Below, in pieces: positions 11,500 through 19,595 of a stretch of 38,703 nt of DNA. This DNA is from Sandaracinaceae bacterium (GTDB taxonomy: Bacteria > Myxococcota_A > Polyangia > Polyangiales > Sandaracinaceae): assembly GCA_044220955.1 (NCBI GenBank), contig JBGAQA010000063.1:1-38703 (forward strand), written 5' to 3'. The position numbers and the translations under genes are program-made. The notes beneath the pieces were generated by a model. That model did no database searches. It was not told the origin of the DNA and saw only the letters and a program-made list of their open reading frames with translations. The first letter of the stretch is position 1. Each line of letters begins with the position of its first letter.

Positions 11500-11754
11500 A
11501 TGACGACCAAGACCCGGACGGCCAAGAAGGCTTCGAAGGCGAGCGTCGCGGAGGGTCCGCGCGCACCGGTCAGCACGACGCTCAAGGGCGCCTCCGAGCT
11601 GGCGCGCGAGACGCGCGGCGCGATGTTCGTCGAGTACCTCACGCTGATCTGCGTCGTCATCCTGGGCGGCTCGGCCGCCGTCGTCAGCCTCGGCGAGCCG
11701 CTCGTGCACCTCTATCGGGTGGCGCAGCTCGTCGTGGGCCTGCCCATCCCCTGA
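11500..11754 (+). CDS. Flp-like type IVc pilin 1 (long basic leader)
   Basis: ETRG|AMFVEY cleavage motif with E+5/Y+6, hydrophobic helix, GGAGG upstream. Confidence 0.8.
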   Translation: MTTKTRTAKKASKASVAEGPRAPVSTTLKGASELARETRGAMFVEYLTLICVVILGGSAAVVSLGEPLVHLYRVAQLVVGLPIP

Positions 11755-11805
11755 GCTCACCTCCGTTTCCCCCGCACAACACCACGAAAGAGAAGGTAGA
11801 TCGCC

Positions 11806-12000
11806 ATGATGAAGACCCGTCGGATTCGCTCGCTCCTCGCTGACACCCGCGGCCTCTCGACCGTCGAGTACATCATCATCCTCTGCCTCATCGCCGTCGT
11901 CGGCTTCGCCATCTGGCAGAAGTTCGGCAACACGGTGAAGACCAAGACGCGCGGCGCGGAGAGCGTCGTGAACGGTCTGCCGACCTCGTCGACGCCGTGA
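11806..12000 (+). CDS. flp: Flp-family pilin 2 (probable major pilin)
   Basis: DTRG|LSTVEYIIILCLIAVV Flp motif; 64 aa. Confidence 0.9.
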   Translation: MMKTRRIRSLLADTRGLSTVEYIIILCLIAVVGFAIWQKFGNTVKTKTRGAESVVNGLPTSSTP

Positions 12001-12015
12001 GGTCGTGACCGGAGT

Positions 12016-12032
12016 GCCCGGCGCAGCCGGGC
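12016..12032 (+). terminator. GC-rich hairpin after the pilin genes (partial terminator or mRNA stabiliser)
   Basis: GCCCGGC-GCA-GCCGGGC, no poly-U tail. Confidence 0.35.
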
Positions 12033-12160
12033 CGACACGGATCGTGTCGCGTCTTCGACGACTCCGGTGGATCGAGGGGCACCTGTCGCGGGCAGGTGCC
12101 CCGTCGTCCTCCCTCGGAGGCGATGCTCTCTCTTTCCCGCTGGCAGCCGCAGGAGGCCGC

Positions 12161-12709
12161 GTGTTCGCGTACGATCCCGCACCGGAGCTGATGCCGTACG
12201 TCTACGGCATTGCCCTGTTGATCGCGGGCATCGGGGCGCTCACGGACTACCGGACCGGGCACATCCCGAACTGGTTGACCCTCCCGCCGCTGGTGATCGC
12301 CCCCATCGCGTACGGCCTGGCCGCCGGGTGGGAAGCGTTCTTCGGTGTGGTGCTCGGTGTCCTGCTCTGCGGTCTGGTGCCGGTCATCATGTTCTACATG
12401 AACGGGATGGCCGGCGGAGACGTGAAGCTCTTCGCGGCGATCGCGGCCATCATCGGCCCCGATCTCGGGCTCCAGGCGGAGCTGCTCGCGCTCGTGGTGG
12501 CCGGGATCTACTCGCTCGGCCGGCTGGCGTGGGACGGAAAGCTCCTCCGGACGCTCGGCAACGTCGTGATGCTCGGTGTGAACCCCGTCCTTCCCAAGCG
12601 TCTCCGCCGGCAGCTCAGCCCGGAGCTCCGCGACACTCTCCGGCTCGGCGGCGCCATCTTCGCCGGCCTCCTGATCACGCTCATCGGCCGGGTCCGTGGG
12701 CAGTTCTGA
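12161..12709 (+). CDS. cpaA: A24 prepilin peptidase TadV/CpaA
   Basis: TDYRTGHIPNWLT and GMAGGDVKLFAA catalytic Asp motifs; AGGAGG before GTG 12161. Confidence 0.9.
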   Translation: MFAYDPAPELMPYVYGIALLIAGIGALTDYRTGHIPNWLTLPPLVIAPIAYGLAAGWEAFFGVVLGVLLCGLVPVIMFYMNGMAGGDVKLFAAIAAIIGPDLGLQAELLALVVAGIYSLGRLAWDGKLLRTLGNVVMLGVNPVLPKRLRRQLSPELRDTLRLGGAIFAGLLITLIGRVRGQF

Positions 12710-12733
12710 CTCCCCAACGCTCGTGAGGTCATC

Positions 12734-13732
12734 ATGAAGAAGAGAAGCCTCCATCGAGACACTGCCGGCGCGGTCTACGTCGAGTTCCTGCTCGCGTTCA
12801 TCCCGCTCTTCTTCATGTTCCTCGGCATGCTGCAGATGGGCCTGCTCTACGGCGCGAGCCTCGTGGTGCAGCACTCGGCCAACATCGCCGCACGCGCCGC
12901 GATGGTCGTGATGGACGACGACCCCCAGTACTACGACGGTGCGCAGCGCCGGCAGCTCGAGACCGAAGCGTCCGGCATGTCGAGCTTCATGAACACGGCC
13001 AACAACATCATCGGCCGCTTCTTCGGCTCGAGCAGCACCGGCCCCGCGTGGACGGGCGGCGCGCGCCTGCAGGCGATCGAGTTCGCCGCGGGCATGCCGC
13101 TCCTGCCGCTCTCGCCCTCGCTCGGCTCGATCGCGCGCCTGCCGCAGGACGAGAGCGTCCGCGGGGCCCTCGGCATGACCGGCCTCGACTCCCCCGAGGC
13201 GCGCGTCGCGTGGGGCATGGTCTACAACCGCATGGCCCTGCGGGTGACGTTCCCGACGGCGACGGGCAGCACGGACGACTACCACACGGACTTCAACGGC
13301 CCCAGCGCCGAGGGCGACGCCGGCCAGGTCATCGCGCGCGTCACGTACCTCTACAACTGCCAGATCCCGCTCGCGAACCGGCTCATGTGCGAGGATCTCG
13401 TCTACATCCGGACGGGCATCGACGCGGGGGCGATCTCGGCCCTGACCCAGCAGTTCATCAACGGCGATCTGACGTTCGACCAGTTCCAGCAGGCGATGCA
13501 GGCGATGCAGGCGCGGAGCGCGCGCCGTACCCGGTGGACGCCGCGGATCAACGAGTTCGGCGACAGCCTCAACACCTTGACGCTCTTCGCCGGCATCTCC
13601 TCGATCATGGGCGGCCCGATCCCGCGCTTCGTCCCCATCACCGCCGAGGCGTCGATGCCCTTCCAGGCTGCGAACTACCGCTACCACGGCGGCGACGACG
13701 AGGTCGGCTGGGAGCAAGAGAACGACAGCTGA
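12734..13732 (+). CDS. tadE: TadE-like minor pilin with large C-terminal domain
   Basis: DTAG|AVYVEFLLAFIP...VVQHSANIAARAA TadE N-terminal motif; CQIPLANRLMC. Confidence 0.85.
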   Translation: MKKRSLHRDTAGAVYVEFLLAFIPLFFMFLGMLQMGLLYGASLVVQHSANIAARAAMVVMDDDPQYYDGAQRRQLETEASGMSSFMNTANNIIGRFFGSSSTGPAWTGGARLQAIEFAAGMPLLPLSPSLGSIARLPQDESVRGALGMTGLDSPEARVAWGMVYNRMALRVTFPTATGSTDDYHTDFNGPSAEGDAGQVIARVTYLYNCQIPLANRLMCEDLVYIRTGIDAGAISALTQQFINGDLTFDQFQQAMQAMQARSARRTRWTPRINEFGDSLNTLTLFAGISSIMGGPIPRFVPITAEASMPFQAANYRYHGGDDEVGWEQENDS

Positions 13733-13814
13733 TTCATCCGGGGCGGAACCGCTCGCCTCGCGCGGCGGATCCCTCTTCCAGCCCCGCGCCGTGATCGGAT
13801 AGGCTGCGGGCTCG

Positions 13815-14639
13815 ATGAACACCAAAGCCATCCTGGCCGCGGTCGGAGCCGCCGTGCTCGGCGTCGTGATGCTCGGGCTGTACATGCAGCGGTTCGAGGA
13901 CGAGGCGTCCGGTGGTGAGCCGATCCTCGTCCTGACCGCGGTCCAGGACATCCCGCTCGGCGTCGCGCTGACCGCCGACATGGTCGTCGCTCGCGAGCTG
14001 CCGGCGGCGTACCTCGAGGATCGCCACATCACCGTCGCCGACCAGGAGCGCGTCATGGGCGTGCGCGTCGTGAGCGGCATCCGCGCGGGCGAGTCGATCC
14101 TCTGGACCGACCTGGCGACCACGACCGACACCTCGCGAGACCTCTCGAGCCTCGTCCGCAACGGCATGCGCGCGATCACCATCCAGGCCGACCAGAGCGC
14201 CACCTTCGGCGGCCTCGTGCGCCCCGGTGATCGCGTGGACGTGCTGATGACGCTGACGCGCCCCTCGTCGACGCCGACCGCGACGCTCGAGGAGGACCGC
14301 GTCACCATCGCGCTCTTGCAGAACTTGCTCGTCCTGGCGGCCGGGCAGGACACGGGCGCGATCCAGCGCAGCGCCACCGCACGCTCGCCCACGCAGATGA
14401 ACGACGTGACGCTCTCGACCACGGTCGAGCAGGCGCAGCTGCTGGCGTTCTCGCAGCAGCGCGGACGCCTGACGCTCCTGCTCCGGCACCCCGACGACAT
14501 CACCGTCATCGAGGGCCTGCCCGAGACGACGACCGACGACATCATCGAGCCCGAGCGACGCGAGACGCGTCAGCGCACGGTTCCCCACGCACCCCCTCCC
14601 TCCACAACCGTCACCGTGGTGCCGCAACGTGTCCATTGA
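13815..14639 (+). CDS. cpaB: Flp pilus assembly protein CpaB/RcpC
   Basis: N-terminal TM, SAF domain (AVQDIPLGVALT), GMRAITI, GGLVRPGDRVDVL, LLQNLLVLAAG, GRLTLLLR. Confidence 0.92.
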   Translation: MNTKAILAAVGAAVLGVVMLGLYMQRFEDEASGGEPILVLTAVQDIPLGVALTADMVVARELPAAYLEDRHITVADQERVMGVRVVSGIRAGESILWTDLATTTDTSRDLSSLVRNGMRAITIQADQSATFGGLVRPGDRVDVLMTLTRPSSTPTATLEEDRVTIALLQNLLVLAAGQDTGAIQRSATARSPTQMNDVTLSTTVEQAQLLAFSQQRGRLTLLLRHPDDITVIEGLPETTTDDIIEPERRETRQRTVPHAPPPSTTVTVVPQRVH

Positions 14640-15795
14640 AACGCCGTCGATCCAAACCGTGTGTCGTGGGCTCTTCCGTTCCCTCGCGGGCGTGCTCCTC
14701 GCGGCGGCAGTCCTGGTGCCGCTGGGCGCGTCCGCGCAGCGGACCGGCGGCTCGGAGCGCATCGAGCTCGACGTCGGCGAGCAGCAGACCGTCTCGGCGG
14801 CGAACGTGGCGAGCTACTCGGTCGGTCGCGAGGGCGTCGCCGACGTCCGGCTGACCTCCGATGGACGCACGTTCGTCGTCGTCGGCCAGGAGTCGGGCGA
14901 GACCTCGCTCCTGCTCATCTACGCCGACGGACACCAGGTCCGCTACGACATCACGGTTCGCAGCCACACGGTGGCCGCGCGCACGGGCGAGGTCGTCGCG
15001 CGCGACGACATCCGGCTCGATCTCTACTTCGTCCAGCTCACGGGCCACTACGACCACTCGATCGGCATCGCCTGGCCCGGGAGCATCGGCGGCATGGCGC
15101 AGCTGAACCTCACCGTGGACCTCACGGCGCTCGACACGGCGCCCTTCCAGCAGGCGACCGCCTCGCTGCTTCAGCAGGCGCTCCCGCGCCTCGACCTCGC
15201 GCAGTCCGCGGGCTGGGCGCGCCTGCTCCGCCAGGGCATGGTCGTCACGGCCAACGGCGAGCAGTCGATCATCAACACGGGCGGCGAGGTGAACATCCTC
15301 GTGCAGACCGGCTTCACGCAGAGCGTGCAGCGCATCGAGTTCGGCACGCAGATCCAGATGACGCCGCGCTACGATCCGGACACGCGTCGGATCGAGATCG
15401 CGCTCGCCGCGGACGTGAGCGAGCTGACGCCGCCGGTCTCGGGCCCCATCCCGGGGCGCATCCGTACGCAGCTCTCGACGCTCGTGAACATGGAGCTCGG
15501 CCAGTCGATCGTCCTCGGTGGCCTCGTGTCGCGGAGCACGTCCGAGTCGCAGGGCGGCCTGCCGGGCCTCTCGCAGATCCCGATCGTCGGCGTCCTCTTC
15601 GGGACCAACGTGCGCCACGAGGAGAACGTCGAGAACTTCCTCTTCATCGTGCCGACCGTCGTCCAGTCGGTCCCGCGCGCGCAGGCCGACCGCATCACGG
15701 AGGCCCTGCACGTGTACGAGGACTACGGCACGATCGGCGGCCACGGCCTCGGCGACATCGAGCTCATCGAGCCCTCGCCGCCCGGGTTCGAATGA
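14629..15795 (+). CDS. cpaC: Compact Tad secretin RcpA/CpaC
   Basis: Signal peptide, pilus-assembly N domain (GETSLLLIYADG), GGEVNI, EFGTQI, GQSIVLGGL, GLPGLSQIPIVGVLF secretin motifs. Confidence 0.88.
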   Translation: MSIETPSIQTVCRGLFRSLAGVLLAAAVLVPLGASAQRTGGSERIELDVGEQQTVSAANVASYSVGREGVADVRLTSDGRTFVVVGQESGETSLLLIYADGHQVRYDITVRSHTVAARTGEVVARDDIRLDLYFVQLTGHYDHSIGIAWPGSIGGMAQLNLTVDLTALDTAPFQQATASLLQQALPRLDLAQSAGWARLLRQGMVVTANGEQSIINTGGEVNILVQTGFTQSVQRIEFGTQIQMTPRYDPDTRRIEIALAADVSELTPPVSGPIPGRIRTQLSTLVNMELGQSIVLGGLVSRSTSESQGGLPGLSQIPIVGVLFGTNVRHEENVENFLFIVPTVVQSVPRAQADRITEALHVYEDYGTIGGHGLGDIELIEPSPPGFE

Positions 15796-15858
15796 CGACG
15801 CGAAGGCACCGGCGCGAGCGGGTGCTGGATGATCTGACCGGAGCCACGAGGTGACGCA

Positions 15859-17739
15859 TTGCCCCTGAACCTGGCCATCGAGCTGCAGGACGGGACGGTC
15901 GAGCAGCTCTCCGTCGACGTGCAGGGGCCCGTGACCATCGGTCGCGACCCCTCGTGCCACGTCGTGCTGCCGTCGCCCGACGTGTCTCGGCGGCATCTCG
16001 CGGTCGAGGCCACGGCGAATGGCATGTTCCTGGTGACCGACTCCAGCGCCAACGGCACGATGGTGGGCAACCAGCGCGTCCGGCAGACCACCGTCCAGGT
16101 CGCTGCGAACGTGCCGATGCGCGTCGGCCCCTACGTGGTGCGGCCCATCGCGGCGCTCACGCCGGGAGTCGGTCAGTTCGGCCAGCCCGCCGCCGGGTAC
16201 GCCCAGCAAGGCTATGCGCAGCAGCCGACCGCGGGCTATCCGCAGCAGCAGCAGGGCTATCCGCAGCAGCAGCAGGGCTATCCGCAGCAGCAGCAGGGCT
16301 ATCCGCAGCAGCAGCAGCAGGGTGGCTTCCCGCAGCAGCAGCAGCAGGCGTACGGGCAGATGCCGGGCAACTACGCGCCGGCCGCCCAGGCGCCGCAGCC
16401 GCCGCCCCCACCGGCACCGCCCAAGCCGCCCGAGAAGAAGGGCGAGGCCAGCCCCTACGACGTCTCGGGCACGGCGATGGTGCCGGTCGAGCTGCGCAAG
16501 CGGATCCACCGCATGCTCCTCGAGAACCTCGATCTGGCGTCTCTCGACCGCAACAAGATGGACGAGAAGATCATGCGGCCGAAGGTGCGCACCGCGCTCC
16601 GCCGCCTGATGAACGAGCTGGCGAACGACTTCCCGCAGGGGACGGACACCGCCGCGCTCATCGACGAGATCGCCGACGAGGCGCTCGGGCTCGGGCCGCT
16701 CGAGCGGCTGATCGCCGACGACGCCGTCAGCGAGATCATGGTCGTGGACCCGTACACGATCTACGTCGAGCGCCGCGGCAAGATCTCGCTCACCGCGCTG
16801 CGCTTCACCGACGACGAGGCCGTCCGCTCGGTCATCGAGCGCATCGTCACGCCGCTCGGCCGCCGCATCGACGAGTCGACGCCGCTCGTCGACGCACGCC
16901 TCAAGGACGGCTCGCGCGTCAACGCCATCATCAAGCCGCTCGCGATCAAGGGCTCGTGCATCACGATCCGGAAGTTCGCGAAGAACCCGCTCACGCTGAC
17001 GAACCTCGTCGGCTTCGGCGCGATCACGGAGCCGATGGCGCGCTTCATCACGCGGACCGTCAAGGCGCGCAAGAACATCGTCATCTCGGGCGGCACGGGC
17101 TCGGGCAAGACCACGCTCCTCAACGTCCTCTCGGGCGCGATCCCCGAGGACGAGCGCATCGTGACGATCGAGGACGCCGCCGAGCTGCAGCTCAAGCAGC
17201 CGCACGTCGTCTCGCTCGAGACGCGCCCGGCCAACATGGAGGGCAAGGGCGAGTACTCGATCCGCGATCTCGTGAAGAACGCGCTCCGCATGCGCCCCGA
17301 CCGCATCGTCGTCGGCGAGTGCCGTGGCGGCGAGGCGCTCGACATGCTCCAGGCGATGAACACCGGCCACGAGGGCTCGATGACGACGACCCACGCCAAC
17401 AGCCCGCGCGAGGCCGTCTCCCGCCTCGAGACGCTCTGCCTGATGAGCGGCCTCGACCTGCCGGCCAAGGCGATCCGCGAGCAGATCGCGACGAGCGTCG
17501 ACATGATCATCCAGCAGACGCGCTTCGCCGACGGAAGCCGCCGCGTGACGAGCATCAGCGAGGTCGTGGGCATGGACGACGACGGCGAGCTCGAGCTGCA
17601 CGAGATCTTCGGCTACGTGCGCACCGGCACCGGACCCGGCGGCAAGGTGCTCGGCGAGCACCGCGCGAGCGGCTACATGCCCACGTTCCTCGACGAATTC
17701 ATCACCATGGGTCTCGTCACCGACGGAGAGTACCTATGA
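15859..17739 (+). CDS. tadA: FHA domain-TadA/CpaF ATPase fusion with Q/P-rich linker
   Basis: FHA: TIGR, VSRRH, SANGT. ATPase: SEIMV, GGTGSGKTT Walker A, TIEDAAEL, RMRPDRIVVGE, AMNTGH, THAN. TTG start with GAGG upstream. Confidence 0.93.
   Translation: MPLNLAIELQDGTVEQLSVDVQGPVTIGRDPSCHVVLPSPDVSRRHLAVEATANGMFLVTDSSANGTMVGNQRVRQTTVQVAANVPMRVGPYVVRPIAALTPGVGQFGQPAAGYAQQGYAQQPTAGYPQQQQGYPQQQQGYPQQQQGYPQQQQQGGFPQQQQQAYGQMPGNYAPAAQAPQPPPPPAPPKPPEKKGEASPYDVSGTAMVPVELRKRIHRMLLENLDLASLDRNKMDEKIMRPKVRTALRRLMNELANDFPQGTDTAALIDEIADEALGLGPLERLIADDAVSEIMVVDPYTIYVERRGKISLTALRFTDDEAVRSVIERIVTPLGRRIDESTPLVDARLKDGSRVNAIIKPLAIKGSCITIRKFAKNPLTLTNLVGFGAITEPMARFITRTVKARKNIVISGGTGSGKTTLLNVLSGAIPEDERIVTIEDAAELQLKQPHVVSLETRPANMEGKGEYSIRDLVKNALRMRPDRIVVGECRGGEALDMLQAMNTGHEGSMTTTHANSPREAVSRLETLCLMSGLDLPAKAIREQIATSVDMIIQQTRFADGSRRVTSISEVVGMDDDGELELHEIFGYVRTGTGPGGKVLGEHRASGYMPTFLDEFITMGLVTDGEYL
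16234..16320 (+). repeat. 21-nt coding tandem repeat x4 (GYPQQQQ)
   Basis: GGCTATCCGCAGCAGCAGCAG at 16234, 16255, 16276 and 16297 (last copy has an extra CAG), within a wider Q-rich tract. Confidence 0.93.
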
Positions 17740-17783
17740 TCGGCCGGGCTTCGCCCGGCACTCTTGCCGGGGAGTACCTATGA
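17736..17783 (+). other. 15-aa bridging mini-ORF between tadA and tadB with alternative hairpins
   Basis: MIGRASPGTLAGEYL*; ATGA overlap with the tadA stop and ATGA overlap with the tadB start; 15/16-nt direct repeat at both ends. Confidence 0.5.
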
Positions 17784-18661
17784 GCAGCCTCCTCCTGACG
17801 GTCACCTCGACGACGGAGCTGCTCGGGTGGGGCGGGCTCTTCCTCGCGATCGGCGGCATCGTCGCGTTCGTCTTCTTCATCGTCACCGACGAGACGAGCT
17901 GGCCGCGCCAGCGCTTCGCCGAGTACGAGGATCTCCTCGAGAAGGAAGTGCGCTTCCAGCTCTGGAAGACGACCGGCAAGGCGATCGCGCGCGCGCAGCT
18001 CGGGGTGATCCTCGCGATCCCCGTCGTCTCGTTCCTCATCAACGACCCGATCTGGATCCTGATCGAGATCCCGGTGCTCGTCGGTCCCTACTTCTACATG
18101 CAGAACCAGCACGACGAGCGCCTGCGAAAGCTCGAGGAGCTGCTCGACAGCTGGCTGCTCATGCTGGCCAACGCGCTCAAGGCCTCGCCCTCGCTCGGCG
18201 AGGCGATCTCGAACAGCGCCAAGCTCATCCGCCCGCCCTTCTCGGAGGAGATCGATCTCGTCCTGAAGGAGATGAAGCTCGGCACGCCGCTCGATCAGGC
18301 GGTCCTCAACATGTCGCGCCGCGTGAACAGCCGCGTCATCTCGAGCTCGCTCGCCACGATCCTCGTCGGGCGCCAGACCGGCGGCGATCTGCCGAACATC
18401 CTCGAGACGAGCGCCTCGACGCTGCGCGAGATGGCGCGCCTCGAGGGCGTCGTCCGCACCAAGACGGCCGAAGGCAAGATGCAGGTCATCGTGCTCGCGG
18501 TCATCCCCTTCGCGCTGCTCGGGATGATCCACTACATGGACAACACGTGGCTGCGCCCGCTCGTCGAGACGAACATCGGGTACGGCATCATCGCGGTCGC
18601 CACCATCCTGTGGATGACCGCCCTGATCCTCGCCCGACGCATCCTGTCGGTGGACATCTGA
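17780..18661 (+). CDS. tadB: TadB inner-membrane platform protein (T2SS F family)
   Basis: MLANALKA, EMKLG, QTGGDL..ILE, KTAEGKMQ motifs; follows tadA. Confidence 0.92.
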   Translation: MSSLLLTVTSTTELLGWGGLFLAIGGIVAFVFFIVTDETSWPRQRFAEYEDLLEKEVRFQLWKTTGKAIARAQLGVILAIPVVSFLINDPIWILIEIPVLVGPYFYMQNQHDERLRKLEELLDSWLLMLANALKASPSLGEAISNSAKLIRPPFSEEIDLVLKEMKLGTPLDQAVLNMSRRVNSRVISSSLATILVGRQTGGDLPNILETSASTLREMARLEGVVRTKTAEGKMQVIVLAVIPFALLGMIHYMDNTWLRPLVETNIGYGIIAVATILWMTALILARRILSVDI

Positions 18662-18671
18662 GGAGACGACC

Positions 18672-19574
18672 ATGCCGGCACGTGGCTACGCCTATCTCGC
18701 GATGTTGATGGTCGGAACCGGCCTCTTCCTGGCCGTGTTCACGCTCGGTGGGAACAAGCCGGAGGACTCGCCACGGCTCGGCGCGCGCGGCCTCAAGCGC
18801 CAGCGGGCGATCGAGGCGGGCGGGACGTTCGTCTCGTTCGAGCCGCTGATCCGCATGATCGCCGGCTGGGTCGCGTACTTCCCGCTCACCGATCAGCGCC
18901 GGCAGATGGACGAGCTCTTGAAGCACGCGGGCGACTGGCTGGGCATGACGCCGAACGAGTTCTACTCGCTCTCGGGCATCGGCTTCATCTTCGGCACGCT
19001 CGTCGGCCTGCTCGCGATGACCGTCAGCGAGAACCCGCCGATCTTCGCCATCATCTTCGGCGCGATCGGCGGCATCGTCCCGTACTTCCAGGTGACGGGC
19101 GAGCGCGACCGTCGGTTCAAGGAGGTGAACCGCGCGCTTCCGCAGTCGATCGACCTCGCCTCGCTCTGCATGGGCGCGGGTCTCGACTTCCCCGGCGCCA
19201 TTCGCCAGATCGTCGACAAGGCCGGCAACAAGAACGACTCGCTCGTCGAGGAGTTCGAGCGCCTGCTCCAGGAGCTCGAGCTCGGCCGCACGCGGCGCCA
19301 GGCGCTCGAGAACTTCGCCGACCGCGTGCCCACCGAGTCGGTGCGCGACTTCGTCGGCGCGGTCGTGCAGGCCGAAGAGAAGGGCAACCCGCTCGCCGAG
19401 GTGCTGCGGATCCAGGCGACGATGCTGCGCATGCGCCGCTCGGTCATGGCCGAGGAGGCCGCCGCGCGCGCCGCCGTCCTGCTCATGGGCCCGCTGATGC
19501 TGATCTTCGGGGCGATCATCCTCTGCCTCCTCGGGCCCTTCGCGGTCCAGGTGCAGCAGAGTGGTGCCATGTGA
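18672..19574 (+). CDS. tadC: TadC inner-membrane platform protein
   Basis: LPQSIDL..LCMGAGLDF, ELELGRTRRQAL, QAEEKG.PLAEVLRIQA, AEEAA...LLMGP. Confidence 0.92.
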   Translation: MPARGYAYLAMLMVGTGLFLAVFTLGGNKPEDSPRLGARGLKRQRAIEAGGTFVSFEPLIRMIAGWVAYFPLTDQRRQMDELLKHAGDWLGMTPNEFYSLSGIGFIFGTLVGLLAMTVSENPPIFAIIFGAIGGIVPYFQVTGERDRRFKEVNRALPQSIDLASLCMGAGLDFPGAIRQIVDKAGNKNDSLVEEFERLLQELELGRTRRQALENFADRVPTESVRDFVGAVVQAEEKGNPLAEVLRIQATMLRMRRSVMAEEAAARAAVLLMGPLMLIFGAIILCLLGPFAVQVQQSGAM

Positions 19575-19595
19575 GCACGTAGGAGGACACGAGAC

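Noticed and set aside
12005..12160. 52-aa N-terminal extension of the prepilin peptidase
   Set aside because: Non-conserved-looking sequence spanning a hairpin; AGGAGG supports the start at 12161.
14611..17661. 1016-aa antisense ORF, and similar long ORFs such as 11888-14545, 26040-28886, 4162-6843 and 32669-35521
   Set aside because: Shadow frames of real genes in a high-GC genome; Arg/Ala/Gly-rich with no family motifs.
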